Notes: generated by a model from the sequence alone, not told the origin. A stretch of DNA of 64,000 bases from Desulfatiglandales bacterium (GCA_963666345.1 OY762721.1:3200001-3264000), one strand, 5' to 3'; shown: positions 10,414 through 19,927, counted from the stretch's first letter. Program-made: numbers and translations.

Positions 10414-11381
10414 AAATTTCCCCCGAGAAGCTTACAGCCGAAGCGGAGGCGACGGGTTTCAGACCGGAGGAACTCGAAAAAGCCGCTCAACTGTTAGGGC
10501 TGCTGGATGCCTTGAGGAGTCACCCTTTTCTCAAAGACAAGCTGGTACTTAAGGGCGGTACGGCCTTGAACCTCTTCGTCTTTGATGTGCCCCGACTCTC
10601 CGTCGACATCGATCTCAACTATGTGGGAGCCCAAGATCGAGATGGCATGCTCGCTGAGCGTCCCAAGATCGAGCAGGCCGTTAAAGCGGTCTTTGCTCGT
10701 GAGGGTTTCACCGTGAGGCGGATGCCTGAAGAACACGCTGGAGGCAAGTGGTCGTTGCGGTATGAAAACAGCTTCGGCTTGGGCTGTAACCTCGAAGTGG
10801 ATCTCAATTTCATGTTCCGTATCCCTTTGTGGCCGGTGACAATCAGAGACTCTCATTCCGTCGGGTCTTGGCGGGCCACAGAGATTCCCGTACTGGATAA
10901 CCATGAGTTGGCGGCCGGGAAACTGGCTGCACTTCTCTCGCGCAGACAGGCGAGGGACCTGTTTGACGGCCATCGAATTCTCCGATTGGACGACATCGAT
11001 TCTAAACGCCTTCGCACCGGTTTTGTCGTCTACGGCGCAATGAACAGAAAGGATTGGAGAAAAGTCTCTGCCGACGATGTGTGGTTCGATGTCATGGAGT
11101 TGGCCAAGCAGTTGGTTCCCACTCTCCGCGTCAATTCAGCGGAAATCCAAGTGGAAGCAGCCGAATACGGGGAGCAACTGGTAAAAGAATGTCGAGATGG
11201 CCTGTCGGCGGTACTGCCCTTTTCAGACGCTGAGCGGGAATTCCTGGACTTGCTGCTCGACCGAGGGGAAATCAATGCTACGATTCTGACTTCTGATACA
11301 GCCTTGCAGAAACGTATTCAAGGGCAGCCGCTTCTGCAATGGAAGGCCTTTAATGTAAAACGCTACAAGGGACTGGCCTGA
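10410..11381 (+). CDS. AbiEii/AbiGii-family nucleotidyltransferase toxin
   Basis: LKGGTALNL...RLSVDIDL NTase motif and KLAALLSRRQARDLFD; start at the ATG overlapping the antitoxin stop, after GGAGG. Confidence 0.9.
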   Translation: MKISPEKLTAEAEATGFRPEELEKAAQLLGLLDALRSHPFLKDKLVLKGGTALNLFVFDVPRLSVDIDLNYVGAQDRDGMLAERPKIEQAVKAVFAREGFTVRRMPEEHAGGKWSLRYENSFGLGCNLEVDLNFMFRIPLWPVTIRDSHSVGSWRATEIPVLDNHELAAGKLAALLSRRQARDLFDGHRILRLDDIDSKRLRTGFVVYGAMNRKDWRKVSADDVWFDVMELAKQLVPTLRVNSAEIQVEAAEYGEQLVKECRDGLSAVLPFSDAEREFLDLLLDRGEINATILTSDTALQKRIQGQPLLQWKAFNVKRYKGLA

Positions 11382-11457
11382 TAAAACATGCCAAAATCGT
11401 AACAATGGTTTTATATGGAAGCAAATAAGTAATTGGTGTGCCCCTGAGTGCATCGAA

Positions 11458-11470
11458 TGGCTCCCCGGGA
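11458..11470 (-). repeat. 13-bp copy of the tRNA-Asn 3' end (att-like)
   Basis: TGGCTCCCCGGGA is identical to 13198-13210. Confidence 0.7.
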
Positions 11471-11521
11471 TCTTGGCTTACGCCTTGACTGTCGATACTT
11501 GGCTAATTTATTATTTTACAC

Positions 11522-11785
11522 CTATTCCATCTGCTGCGCGACACTATCAAGAAATAGTGCAACCCCCCGTTTTTTGATCTTCTTTTCAAGTTTCATAGCT
11601 TCAGCCCTATCATCGCACTCAACCAAATGGACTATTTTCCATGGACCTTTGAATCTTTTTGTAGTCTTTGAGAGCTGATACTCAGGGTCATTGTGCTGTG
11701 CAAGTCGGCGGGCAGGATCACTACTGTATCCACAATAGAATCTTCCGGTGGATTCACTTTTGAGGATGTAGACATAGAAGGACAT
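11522..11785 (-). CDS. Small GIY-YIG nuclease family protein
   Basis: MSFYVYILKSESTGRFYCGYS..RRLAQHN..TKRFKGPW..AMKLEKKIK. The longer ORF called from 11866 runs into the ISL3, so the true start is 11785. Confidence 0.85.
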   Translation of the reverse strand: MSFYVYILKSESTGRFYCGYSSDPARRLAQHNDPEYQLSKTTKRFKGPWKIVHLVECDDRAEAMKLEKKIKKRGVALFLDSVAQQME

Positions 11786-11805
11786 TGAATAGCCTAAATT
11801 AAAAA

Positions 11806-13154
11806 GGTTCATCCGGCAAATGCCGGGGTAATAATATTGGTTGGTGAATTTACTGTAAAAAGCCATAGAAAAATCGTCGCCAATGGGTTATCTCGTTTCT
11901 GAGCTACGACACTACAGACACGAGAGGAGACCGACAATGGCGACGACAAGCTTTTTGTATCACACAATGGGCCTTAAAGGCTACCGATACATTCGTACCG
12001 AGTATCGTTATGGTGTTGTCTTTTACCATGTAAAACTGAGGAACACCAAACGCAGGTGCAGAAGATGCGGTGCCAGGTGGCGTTATCTCAGAAAAGCAGG
12101 AAAATTTACCAGGGTTTTTCATGCCTTGCCCATTGGCAGAAAGCCACAGAAGATAGTGCTTCATGGGCATGAACAATACTGCCGGCATTGTGGACGTATA
12201 TTGAGGGAACCCATTAAATTTGCCAGAGGGAAAAAGCGTTCTTTGAGATGTTTTGATCGATTTATCGTTGATCTGTGCACTATTGCTACCATCAAGGCAG
12301 TGGCTGCGTTCCTTGGGGTTGGATGGGATCTGGTTAAAGGCATCTTCAAGGAAGATCTTAAAAAGCGCTTGAGCAGACGAAAGCTGAGAAGAGTCCGCTA
12401 CATTGCGGTTGATGAGTTTGCTCTTCGAAAGGGGCATCATTACATGACTGTGGTCATGGATCTTGAAACCGGACAGATCCTTTATGCTGAGAAGGGCAAG
12501 GATGCACAGGCCTTGATCCCTTTTCTCAAAACGCTGCGCAGGAGAAGAATAAAACTCATGGCAGTGGCAATGGACATGTCCCCGGCCTACATGAATGCTG
12601 TTAAGGAAGTATTCCCCAATGTTGATATCGTACACGATCCTTACCATGTGGTGGTTAATGTCAACAAGGCTATTGATGAAACCAGGAAAAATATTTACCG
12701 CACCATGACAGGCAAGCAGCGTGGCATCATTAAAGGATCGAGGTTTTTGCTGCTCAGACCGCTAGAGGCTTTAAGTGAGGCCTCACTTTCAAAGCTTTCT
12801 GCTATTATGGAAATCAATGAGCCGCTGTATAAAGCATATATACTGAAAGAAGAACTTCGCTGGTTCTGGAATCTACCGAATGCATGGTTAGGTGAGCAAT
12901 TCTTGGATAACTGGATCAAGGAAGCATACGAAACAGGTATCAAAAGCTTCATAAAGCTGGCTGATTCACTGCTGCGACACAAACCAGGTTTGTTATCATA
13001 TTTTGCTCACCGTATCTCCACTGGTCCACTTGAGGGCCTTAACAACAAAATCAAAGTGCTCAAACGACAAGCATATGGTTTCAGAGACAACGAGTATTTT
13101 AAACTACGTCTCTACTTCTTACATAATGACACCCCGGCATTTGCCGGATGAACC
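11806..13154 (+). mobile_element. ISL3-family insertion sequence, 1349 bp, apparently intact
   Basis: Perfect 24-bp terminal IRs GGTTCATCCGGCAAATGCCGGGGT (11806-11829 / 13131-13154) and 8-bp TSD ATTAAAAA (11798-11805 / 13155-13162). Confidence 0.95.
11937..13151 (+). CDS. ISL3 transposase
   Basis: Zn-finger CRRCG...CRHCG, IAVDEFALRKGHHYMT, AMDMSPAY, DPYHVV, EGLNNKIKVLKRQAYGFR. Confidence 0.95.
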   Translation: MATTSFLYHTMGLKGYRYIRTEYRYGVVFYHVKLRNTKRRCRRCGARWRYLRKAGKFTRVFHALPIGRKPQKIVLHGHEQYCRHCGRILREPIKFARGKKRSLRCFDRFIVDLCTIATIKAVAAFLGVGWDLVKGIFKEDLKKRLSRRKLRRVRYIAVDEFALRKGHHYMTVVMDLETGQILYAEKGKDAQALIPFLKTLRRRRIKLMAVAMDMSPAYMNAVKEVFPNVDIVHDPYHVVVNVNKAIDETRKNIYRTMTGKQRGIIKGSRFLLLRPLEALSEASLSKLSAIMEINEPLYKAYILKEELRWFWNLPNAWLGEQFLDNWIKEAYETGIKSFIKLADSLLRHKPGLLSYFAHRISTGPLEGLNNKIKVLKRQAYGFRDNEYFKLRLYFLHNDTPAFAG

Positions 13155-13157
13155 ATT

Positions 13158-13189
13158 AAAAAAGGCTCAACCTGAAAAGATCGAGCCTT
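13158..13189 (-). terminator. Probable intrinsic terminator after tRNA-Asn
   Basis: Minus-strand hairpin AAGGCTC...GAGCC followed by a T-run immediately 3' of the tRNA. Confidence 0.6.
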
Positions 13190-13197
13190 ATTTATTC

Positions 13198-13273
13198 TGG
13201 CTCCCCGGGACAGACTCGAACTGCCGACAGGGTGGTTAACAGCCACCTGCTCTACCAACTGAGCTACCGGGGA
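13198..13273 (-). tRNA. tRNA-Asn (GTT)
   Basis: 76-nt cloverleaf: acceptor TCCCCGG/CCGGGGA, D arm GCTC/GAGC, anticodon arm GGTGG-CTGTTAA-CCACC, T loop TTCGAGT, encoded CCA. Confidence 0.97.
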
Positions 13274-13296
13274 ATAACTTCCTCATCCCGTTAGCC

Positions 13297-13350
13297 GGGT
13301 GGTTAATCCCGCCTTCGGCGGGACTCTACCAACTGAGCTACCGGGGAATA
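13297..13350 (-). pseudogene. Truncated tRNA-Asn 5'-half copy interrupted by a palindrome
   Basis: 27 bp (13324-13350) identical to 13250-13276 and 10 bp (13297-13306) identical to 13230-13239. TCCCGCCTTCGGCGGGA replaces part of the anticodon arm; no T arm or 3' end. Confidence 0.85.
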
Positions 13351-13507
13351 TGATGCAAAATAAACATCCCTCTTAACAAAACCGTATATTATGGTCAAGA
13401 AATATTTTCGATATTTTTTTGCTTCCCCTAGTTCCTTGACAGGGACACCTGTTACCTTTATTTAATTTAAATTAAATCTCATTTTCAAGAAATAAAGGAT
13501 TTATCTC

Positions 13508-15412
13508 ATGAAGCAGATCATACTGGGCACGGCGGGTCATATCGATCATGGAAAGACCTCTCTTATAAAGGCGCTTACCGGAATCGACACAGACAGGTTG
13601 AAAGAGGAAAAGGCAAGGGGCATAACCATTGAACTGGGGTTTTCACACCTGGAGCTGCCCGGTGGCATGCTCCTGGGCATAGTGGACGTGCCGGGACACG
13701 AGAAATTCGTGAAAAACATGGTGGCGGGCGCGACCGGTATAGACCTCGTGGCCCTGGTTATCGCCGCTGATGAGGGGGTGATGCCCCAGACAAAGGAACA
13801 CCTGGAGATATGCCAGCTCCTGGATATCCGGTATGGCCTGGTGGTATTGACCAAGATAGATATGGTCGATGAGGAATGGCTTGATCTTGTGAAAGAGGAT
13901 GTAAGGGAATATCTCTCAAATACCTTTCTGGCCGATGCCCCAGTGGTGGAGGTGTCTTCCGTGACAGGCCGGGGGCTTGATGAAATGGTCGATGTCCTTG
14001 ACTCCCTGGTCAGCGGGATCCCCGAAAAAGATACGGGACACCTGTATCGGCTTCCGATCGACCGGGTTTTTACCATGAAGGGATTCGGCACGGTTATAAC
14101 GGGAACCAGTATCTCGGGAGAAATCGGAAACGGCGAAGATGTAACCATATACCCGCAGGAGATAAGCTCACGCATAAGGGGCCTTCAGGTTCACAACAAG
14201 GAGGTCGAGAAGGCGCATGCAGGCCTGAGAACGGCCGTTAATCTTCAGGGCCTTGAGAAGGAGGCTATCCGCAGGGGAGACGTGCTTGCATCAAAGGGCT
14301 CGTTACGGAAGACCATGATGATGGATGTAACTCTTGATCTTCTCCCAGCTGCCGCACGCAAGTTGAAGAACAGGGCAAAGGCACGTTTCCACACCGGGAC
14401 ATCGGAGATTATCTCCACGGTAGTTCTTCTTGACAGGGATGAACTGGCGCAGGGTGAGTCCTGTTTCGCGCAGATAAGGCTCAATGAACCGACCGCGGTG
14501 TTAAGAAATGACAGATTCGTGCTCAGGAGTTATTCCCCTGTCAGGACCATCGGCGGAGGTGTGATATTGAATCCACTTCCGAGAAAAAAGAAACGCTTTT
14601 CCGAAAGGGTGCTTTCCGAGATGGAGATCCTTAACAGCGGCGATACGAACAATATTATAAAATTATTTGTGGCTGAAGGCCGTTTTCAGGGTATTTCAAA
14701 GGGGGAGCTTTCCTTTCTCGTAAACATGAGCAGAAAAAAGCTTGAAGAGGCAGTCAAACCTCTTTTGGCAAAAAAGAGCCTGATCCTTTATAACAAGGAG
14801 GGGGAACTGCTGATCCACAGGGATCTTTACGATACCGCGGTCAATCAGATACTGGAGACGCTGGCTGATTATCACAAGAAATATCCATTAAAGGCGGGAC
14901 TTCAGAAGGAGGAACTGCGTTCAAGGACCGCCGGGGCAAAGAATCAGAGGCTCTTTGTCTCTCTGGTAAACAGGCTCATCAAGGACGGTACCCTGGTGCA
15001 GGAAAAAGAGAGCCTGCGCCTTAAAGAACACAGGGTCACCCTGGCCGCGGACCAGGAAAAGACCAGAAAAGAGATCAAGGAGATCTACAGAAAAAGCGGT
15101 CTTCAGCCTCCCTATTTCAAGGAGATAAAGGAGCGGTTCGCGGGGAGCACCGGACCTGAGGTCCTCGAATTCATGGTAAAGGACGGTGTGCTTGTCAAGG
15201 TGAAGGAGGATCTGTATTTTTATAAGGAAAGTGTTGGTCAGCTGGAAAAAAAGCTTGTTGATTTTCTAAGGGAAAAGGGCGAGATCACAACACCTCAGTT
15301 CAAGGAGATGACCGGGATTTCAAGGAAGTACACCATCCCTCTTATCGAATACTTTGACCGATGCCAGCTGACGGTAAGGGTAGGCGACAACAGGGTCCTT
15401 CGAAAGAGGTAG
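13508..15412 (+). CDS. selB: Selenocysteine-specific elongation factor SelB
   Basis: [36 protein letters not shown], and C-terminal winged helices ending [13 protein letters not shown]...RVGDNR. Confidence 0.95.
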   Translation: MKQIILGTAGHIDHGKTSLIKALTGIDTDRLKEEKARGITIELGFSHLELPGGMLLGIVDVPGHEKFVKNMVAGATGIDLVALVIAADEGVMPQTKEHLEICQLLDIRYGLVVLTKIDMVDEEWLDLVKEDVREYLSNTFLADAPVVEVSSVTGRGLDEMVDVLDSLVSGIPEKDTGHLYRLPIDRVFTMKGFGTVITGTSISGEIGNGEDVTIYPQEISSRIRGLQVHNKEVEKAHAGLRTAVNLQGLEKEAIRRGDVLASKGSLRKTMMMDVTLDLLPAAARKLKNRAKARFHTGTSEIISTVVLLDRDELAQGESCFAQIRLNEPTAVLRNDRFVLRSYSPVRTIGGGVILNPLPRKKKRFSERVLSEMEILNSGDTNNIIKLFVAEGRFQGISKGELSFLVNMSRKKLEEAVKPLLAKKSLILYNKEGELLIHRDLYDTAVNQILETLADYHKKYPLKAGLQKEELRSRTAGAKNQRLFVSLVNRLIKDGTLVQEKESLRLKEHRVTLAADQEKTRKEIKEIYRKSGLQPPYFKEIKERFAGSTGPEVLEFMVKDGVLVKVKEDLYFYKESVGQLEKKLVDFLREKGEITTPQFKEMTGISRKYTIPLIEYFDRCQLTVRVGDNRVLRKR

Positions 15413-15420
15413 CTTCGGAC

Positions 15421-16182
15421 ATGAAAAAACAGGACCTGTCTTCCTTTCTTGATCTTGGGGCAAGGGAGCATATCGCCATAGTCGGGGCCGGAGGCAAGAC
15501 AAGCCTGCTCTTTGCCCTTGCAGAGGAGTTGGAAAGTAAGGGCAGCAAGGTCATTACCACTACCACCACAAAGGTGCGGCTGAGTGAAGCGGAAAAGGCC
15601 CCTGTCTTGGTCCTCAGGGGTGATTGCACCCGCTTTGAGGAAAAGGTAGGGGCAGGGATTAAGAGGAGCGGCCATATTTTTTTGGGTGAAACGCTCCTTT
15701 CATCGCGTAAGATAAAGGGTATCGAACCTTTTGTCGCAGACATGATTTTCAGGGAGGAGTTGTCAGACTATCTCCTGGTAGAGGCTGACGGTGCGGCAGG
15801 CATGTCCCTGAAGGCTCATTCGCTTAACGAGCCGGTGATACCCTTATCCGTGACCATGGTTATAGCCCTTATGGGTCTTGAGGTGCTCGGCAGGCCGTTT
15901 TCTCATGAGCTGGTATTCAGGGCAGAGATCTTTCAGGAGCTGACCGGCATAAATAAGGGTGAGCCTGTTACCCCTGAATTGCTTTCAGGACTTTTCAATT
16001 CAGGCAAAGGACCCTTTAAGGGTTCTCCCAAAGGGGCAAAAAGGATCGTTTTTCTAAACAAGCTGGATCTTTCAGGGGATGCCGGCAAGGCGGACGTCCT
16101 GGCGCAAAGGATACTTGATGATCCTTCAGGTGGTATTGACAGGGTTATAACGGGTTCCTTGAAAAACGGTTCATACAGCTAA
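15421..16182 (+). CDS. yqeC: Selenium cofactor accessory protein YqeC
   Basis: VGAGGKTSL...VITTTTTK and LVEADGA...LKAH...EPVIP motifs. Confidence 0.85.
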   Translation: MKKQDLSSFLDLGAREHIAIVGAGGKTSLLFALAEELESKGSKVITTTTTKVRLSEAEKAPVLVLRGDCTRFEEKVGAGIKRSGHIFLGETLLSSRKIKGIEPFVADMIFREELSDYLLVEADGAAGMSLKAHSLNEPVIPLSVTMVIALMGLEVLGRPFSHELVFRAEIFQELTGINKGEPVTPELLSGLFNSGKGPFKGSPKGAKRIVFLNKLDLSGDAGKADVLAQRILDDPSGGIDRVITGSLKNGSYS

Positions 16183-16193
16183 AAGGTTCGTGC

Positions 16194-17258
16194 GTGATGA
16201 AGGCGATATTTAAAAGGCTGATAGAAATTTCTGAAAATAAGATGTCCTGTGTCCTTGGCACCATCATCCGGCAGGCGGGGTCTTCGCCCAGGGGTGAAGG
16301 TGCAAAGTTTTTGATAATGGAGGATGGCTCGTTTGAAGGGACCATAGGGGGTGGCGCGGTAGAGGCCAAGGCCCTTTCGGAGGCAGAGGGGGTCCTTAAG
16401 AGCGGAAGGTCCGTACGGCTCAATTTCCATCTTGACGGTACCGACGTGGAATCAACAGAGATGCTTTGCGGCGGGGCGGTGGAAGTGCTTCTCGAGCCTT
16501 TGGATCCTGCGGGTCCCCATGTTTCAGTCTTAAAGAAGGCCCTTGAGGTGATCGGGCAGGGAGGCTCAGGCATCCTTCTGACGGCCCTTGATCAGGACCT
16601 GTCCGCCGGAGGCTTTTGTCCCAGGCTGTTTATCGATAAAACAGGGGAAAAGAGAGGTAACCTGGGGCTTTCCGAGGCTTTGGAGGAGTCCCTGTCGGGA
16701 TATCTATCCGGCATACTTGAGACTGGACAGCCCGGGATTATTTCAGCCCCGATCGGAGGCGGCATGGGGATGGAGTTTTTTGCCGAGCCGGTAAGAGGTA
16801 AACCGATCCTTTTTATTTTTGGTGCCGGACATGTCGCAAGGCAGGTTGTACCTCTTGCAGAAAAGGTGGGTTTCAAGGCTTTCGTCCTGGATGACAGGCC
16901 TGAGTTTGCGGACGGCAGATTCTTCGGAAAACAAACCGAGGTGAGAGTGGTCTCTTATGATTGCGCTCTTGAAGGCATTAACATCCATGAGGATGCCTTT
17001 GTCGTAATAGTCACCAGGGGACATCTGGGGGACAAAACGGTGCTTGCCCAGGTGCTTAAGACCGATGCAGGCTATATAGGAATGATCGGAAGTGCCGGGA
17101 AAAGGGATGCGATTTTCGGAAAACTCATTGAAAAGGGCTTTTCAAAGAACGATCTTGAAAGGGTTTACTGCCCGATCGGAATCGAGATAGGCGCGGATAC
17201 ACCGGAGGAGATCGCAGTAAGCATTGTGGCGGAACTGATAAAAGTGAGGCGGGGGTAA
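16194..17258 (+). CDS. XdhC/CoxI family molybdoenzyme accessory protein
   Basis: GSSPRGEGAK, GTIGGGAVE, CGG, IFGAGHVA, DDRPEFA, YIGMIGS, PIGIEIGADTPEEIAVSIVAE. Confidence 0.9.
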   Translation: MMKAIFKRLIEISENKMSCVLGTIIRQAGSSPRGEGAKFLIMEDGSFEGTIGGGAVEAKALSEAEGVLKSGRSVRLNFHLDGTDVESTEMLCGGAVEVLLEPLDPAGPHVSVLKKALEVIGQGGSGILLTALDQDLSAGGFCPRLFIDKTGEKRGNLGLSEALEESLSGYLSGILETGQPGIISAPIGGGMGMEFFAEPVRGKPILFIFGAGHVARQVVPLAEKVGFKAFVLDDRPEFADGRFFGKQTEVRVVSYDCALEGINIHEDAFVVIVTRGHLGDKTVLAQVLKTDAGYIGMIGSAGKRDAIFGKLIEKGFSKNDLERVYCPIGIEIGADTPEEIAVSIVAELIKVRRG

Positions 17259-17286
17259 GCAAAATCCAATCGGGGGATCTTATAAG

Positions 17287-17931
17287 ATGGAGCATGAATA
17301 CAGGAAATGGCTGTGGGAGGAACTTTCAAAAAAATGTATAAAAAACCTCAAAAGGCATGAATTCGACGCCCATTTCACACAAACCGCGGAAGAGGCCTTA
17401 GGGCTGATAAAGGAAATGGTTTCAGGGTATGAGACTTTCGGTTTTGGAGGTGCAGACACCACCAGGGAGATAGGCCTGGTTGAATCCTTGAAGAAGATGG
17501 GTAAGACAGTATATGACCATTGGGAAAAGGGCCTCGGCGCGGAAGAGATAGCTGAGATAAGGCTCAATCAGGGAAGATGCGACTGCTTTTTCTGCAGCGC
17601 AAACGCTGTTTCGGCAACAGGCGAGATAGTCAATGTGGACGGAATCGGAAACAGGACCGCGGCCATGAGTTTCGGACCCAAGAAGGTCGTAATCGTGGCA
17701 GGTATGAACAAGGTGACCCGGGACCTTGGCTCAGCCCTTAACAGGGTAAAGGAGGTGGCCGGTCCCATGAGGGCGAAGAGCCTTGACAGGGATACCCCCT
17801 GCGCCAAGACGGGCGAGTGTTCTGACTGCAATTCCGCCCAGAGGATATGCAGGATAACCACGATCCTTCACAGAAGGCCGATGATGACGGACACGACCGT
17901 GGTCCTGATAAATCAGCAACTCGGTTTTTAG
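17287..17931 (+). CDS. LUD-domain (lactate utilization C-like) protein
   Basis: SANAVSATGEIVNVDGIGNR...FGPKKVVIVAGMNK and C-terminal PCAKTGECSDC..RIC. Confidence 0.8.
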   Translation: MEHEYRKWLWEELSKKCIKNLKRHEFDAHFTQTAEEALGLIKEMVSGYETFGFGGADTTREIGLVESLKKMGKTVYDHWEKGLGAEEIAEIRLNQGRCDCFFCSANAVSATGEIVNVDGIGNRTAAMSFGPKKVVIVAGMNKVTRDLGSALNRVKEVAGPMRAKSLDRDTPCAKTGECSDCNSAQRICRITTILHRRPMMTDTTVVLINQQLGF

Positions 17932-17948
17932 GATTGAATCGACAGCCT

Positions 17949-18467
17949 TTATTCTAAAAGCCTTTTAAACAGCTCCCGGTAGGCGTCAAATACCCGGTTT
18001 CCGAAACAGACGAACCTTATCTCTTTGAGGGCGGTATCCGTTTCAAGGACCCTCTTGGTCTCCTCAAGGGCTATTTCCGCTGCCCTTTTAAGGGGAAAAC
18101 CGTACGCCCCTGTACTGATGGAGGGAAATGCTACAGACTCTATGCCGAGTTTTTCCGCGGCCTTGTAGCAGTTCCTGTAACAGTCTGAAAGGAGTCTGTC
18201 CTCGTTTCTGTTACCGCCCGACCATACCGGGCCTACCGTGTGTATTATCCATTTGGCGGGAAGCCTGTATGCCCTGCTGACCCTGACCTCTCCTGTCGGA
18301 CACCCTCCTATCTTGCGGGTCTCTTCGAGAAGTTCCGGCCCTGCGGCCCTGTGGATTGCGCCATCCACTCCTCCTCCCCCCAGAAGAGAGGTGTTGGCGG
18401 CATTGACTAGGGCATCCACCTCCTGCCTGGTGATATCACCTTCGATGATGTCTATTTTTCCCTTCAT
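17949..18467 (-). CDS. Macro-domain O-acetyl-ADP-ribose deacetylase (YmdB-like)
   Basis: GDIT, VNAANTSLLGGGGVDGAIH, HTVGP, PSISTGAYGFP. Confidence 0.92.
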   Translation of the reverse strand: MKGKIDIIEGDITRQEVDALVNAANTSLLGGGGVDGAIHRAAGPELLEETRKIGGCPTGEVRVSRAYRLPAKWIIHTVGPVWSGGNRNEDRLLSDCYRNCYKAAEKLGIESVAFPSISTGAYGFPLKRAAEIALEETKRVLETDTALKEIRFVCFGNRVFDAYRELFKRLLE

Positions 18468-19007
18468 GGGTCCGTCCCTCCCTTTTAATCGTCAAAAGAG
18501 GCTTCATGATAGTTGGCGAAAACATCCTGTGATAATTTTCATCTATGCTTGATTTGATAAAAGTTACATGAGCTTGTCTGTTTTTGTCAAATCATGATGG
18601 TTGGTCCGGATAAAATCATTTCATGATAGAAGAGCCGTTTTTTTTGGCCGATTCAGGTAAAAGCGGCTCTGATAATATTTTTTTTAAGACTTGAAAAAAA
18701 AATTGACATCCTATAGGTAAGGGCTGCGGATGGATTAAAGGGTCAAAAGGGCTCATAATCTTTTCCGGAAGAAATTTGTGCTTAATAATTGATTTTAAAT
18801 TTTATGTATTATATTAATCGCATTGCTGTATTTATATTCATTAATATCTTATTGAATTATGTTAGTGTTAAATGATTTTTATGAACGTCATGATGATTAT
18901 TTATAGGTGATTATGTTGATTGAACTATCTTGTATTTAATTACAGTTATCGGATTACATATAAATATAAATCTTTAAAAAAGAGAAACTTGGTTATGGAG
19001 GGAATAA

Positions 19008-19844
19008 ATGTTTGAAATATTAAGACGTGAGGAAATGGCTGATGGTACGGTTGTGATGAATGAGATCAGTGCCCCTCTCATTGCAAAAAATGCAAAGCCC
19101 GGTCAATTTGTCATCCTAAAGGCAAACGAGACTGGCGAGCGAGTCCCCCTTACCATGGCTGACAGTGACCCGGTAAAAGGTACTGTAACCGTCATGTACC
19201 AGGTTGTGGGAAAATCGACGATGTTGTTCAAATCTCTTCAGACGGGAGATCGTTTCCAGGATGTGATAGGCCCTCTGGGGAAGGCTACGCATCTGGAAAA
19301 GGTGGGAAACGTGGTATGCGTGGGAGGAGGGACAGGAGTCGCGGTCCTGCACCCCATTACCAGGGCACTCAAGGAGATGGGAAACAATGTCAAGGCTATC
19401 ATAGGAGCCAGGACAAAGGATCTGCTTATCCTTGAAGAAAAGATGAAGTCCGCATCTCATGAACTGCATGTCTGCACGGACGACGGCTCATACGGTCATC
19501 ACGGTTTTGTAACGGATGTGCTGAAGGATATCCTTGAAAAACATGACATAAAACTGGTTGTGGGAATAGGACCGGTTCCGATGATGAGGTTCGTGTGCAA
19601 GGTCACGGAGCAGTATAAGGTAAAGACCCTTGTCAGTCTCAACGCGATAATGGTTGACGGTACTGGTATGTGCGGCTGCTGCCGTGTGACTGTCGATGGA
19701 AAGACAAAATTTGCGTGTGTCGACGGTCCTGAATTCGACGGGCATAAGGTTGACTTTGACGTGCTGGCACAGCGACTGGAAGCCTACAAAGAGGAAGAGG
19801 CCTCGGCAGTGGAAAAATACAATAACGACTGCAAGCTGGGATAG
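19008..19844 (+). CDS. nfnA: NfnA/SudB-type small subunit of electron-bifurcating ferredoxin:NADP+ oxidoreductase
   Basis: PGQFVIL...GERVPLT, GGGTG, GPVPMM, MVDGTGMCGCCRV...CVDGPEFD. Confidence 0.85.
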   Translation: MFEILRREEMADGTVVMNEISAPLIAKNAKPGQFVILKANETGERVPLTMADSDPVKGTVTVMYQVVGKSTMLFKSLQTGDRFQDVIGPLGKATHLEKVGNVVCVGGGTGVAVLHPITRALKEMGNNVKAIIGARTKDLLILEEKMKSASHELHVCTDDGSYGHHGFVTDVLKDILEKHDIKLVVGIGPVPMMRFVCKVTEQYKVKTLVSLNAIMVDGTGMCGCCRVTVDGKTKFACVDGPEFDGHKVDFDVLAQRLEAYKEEEASAVEKYNNDCKLG

Positions 19845-19927
19845 CCCCGCACGATAGTTCTGTTTTCATGATTTTTGATGCTACACAGATTGAGTGAAAG
19901 ACCCGAGAGGGCTACAGGGAGGAAAAT

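Noticed and set aside
11786..11866. N-terminal extension of the GIY-YIG ORF
   Set aside because: The extension lies largely inside the ISL3 left end and is an artefact of the insertion
13198..13350. tRNA-Sec next to selB, or a second functional tRNA
   Set aside because: The anticodon is GTT in a standard 76-nt fold; the second copy lacks the T arm and 3' acceptor strand
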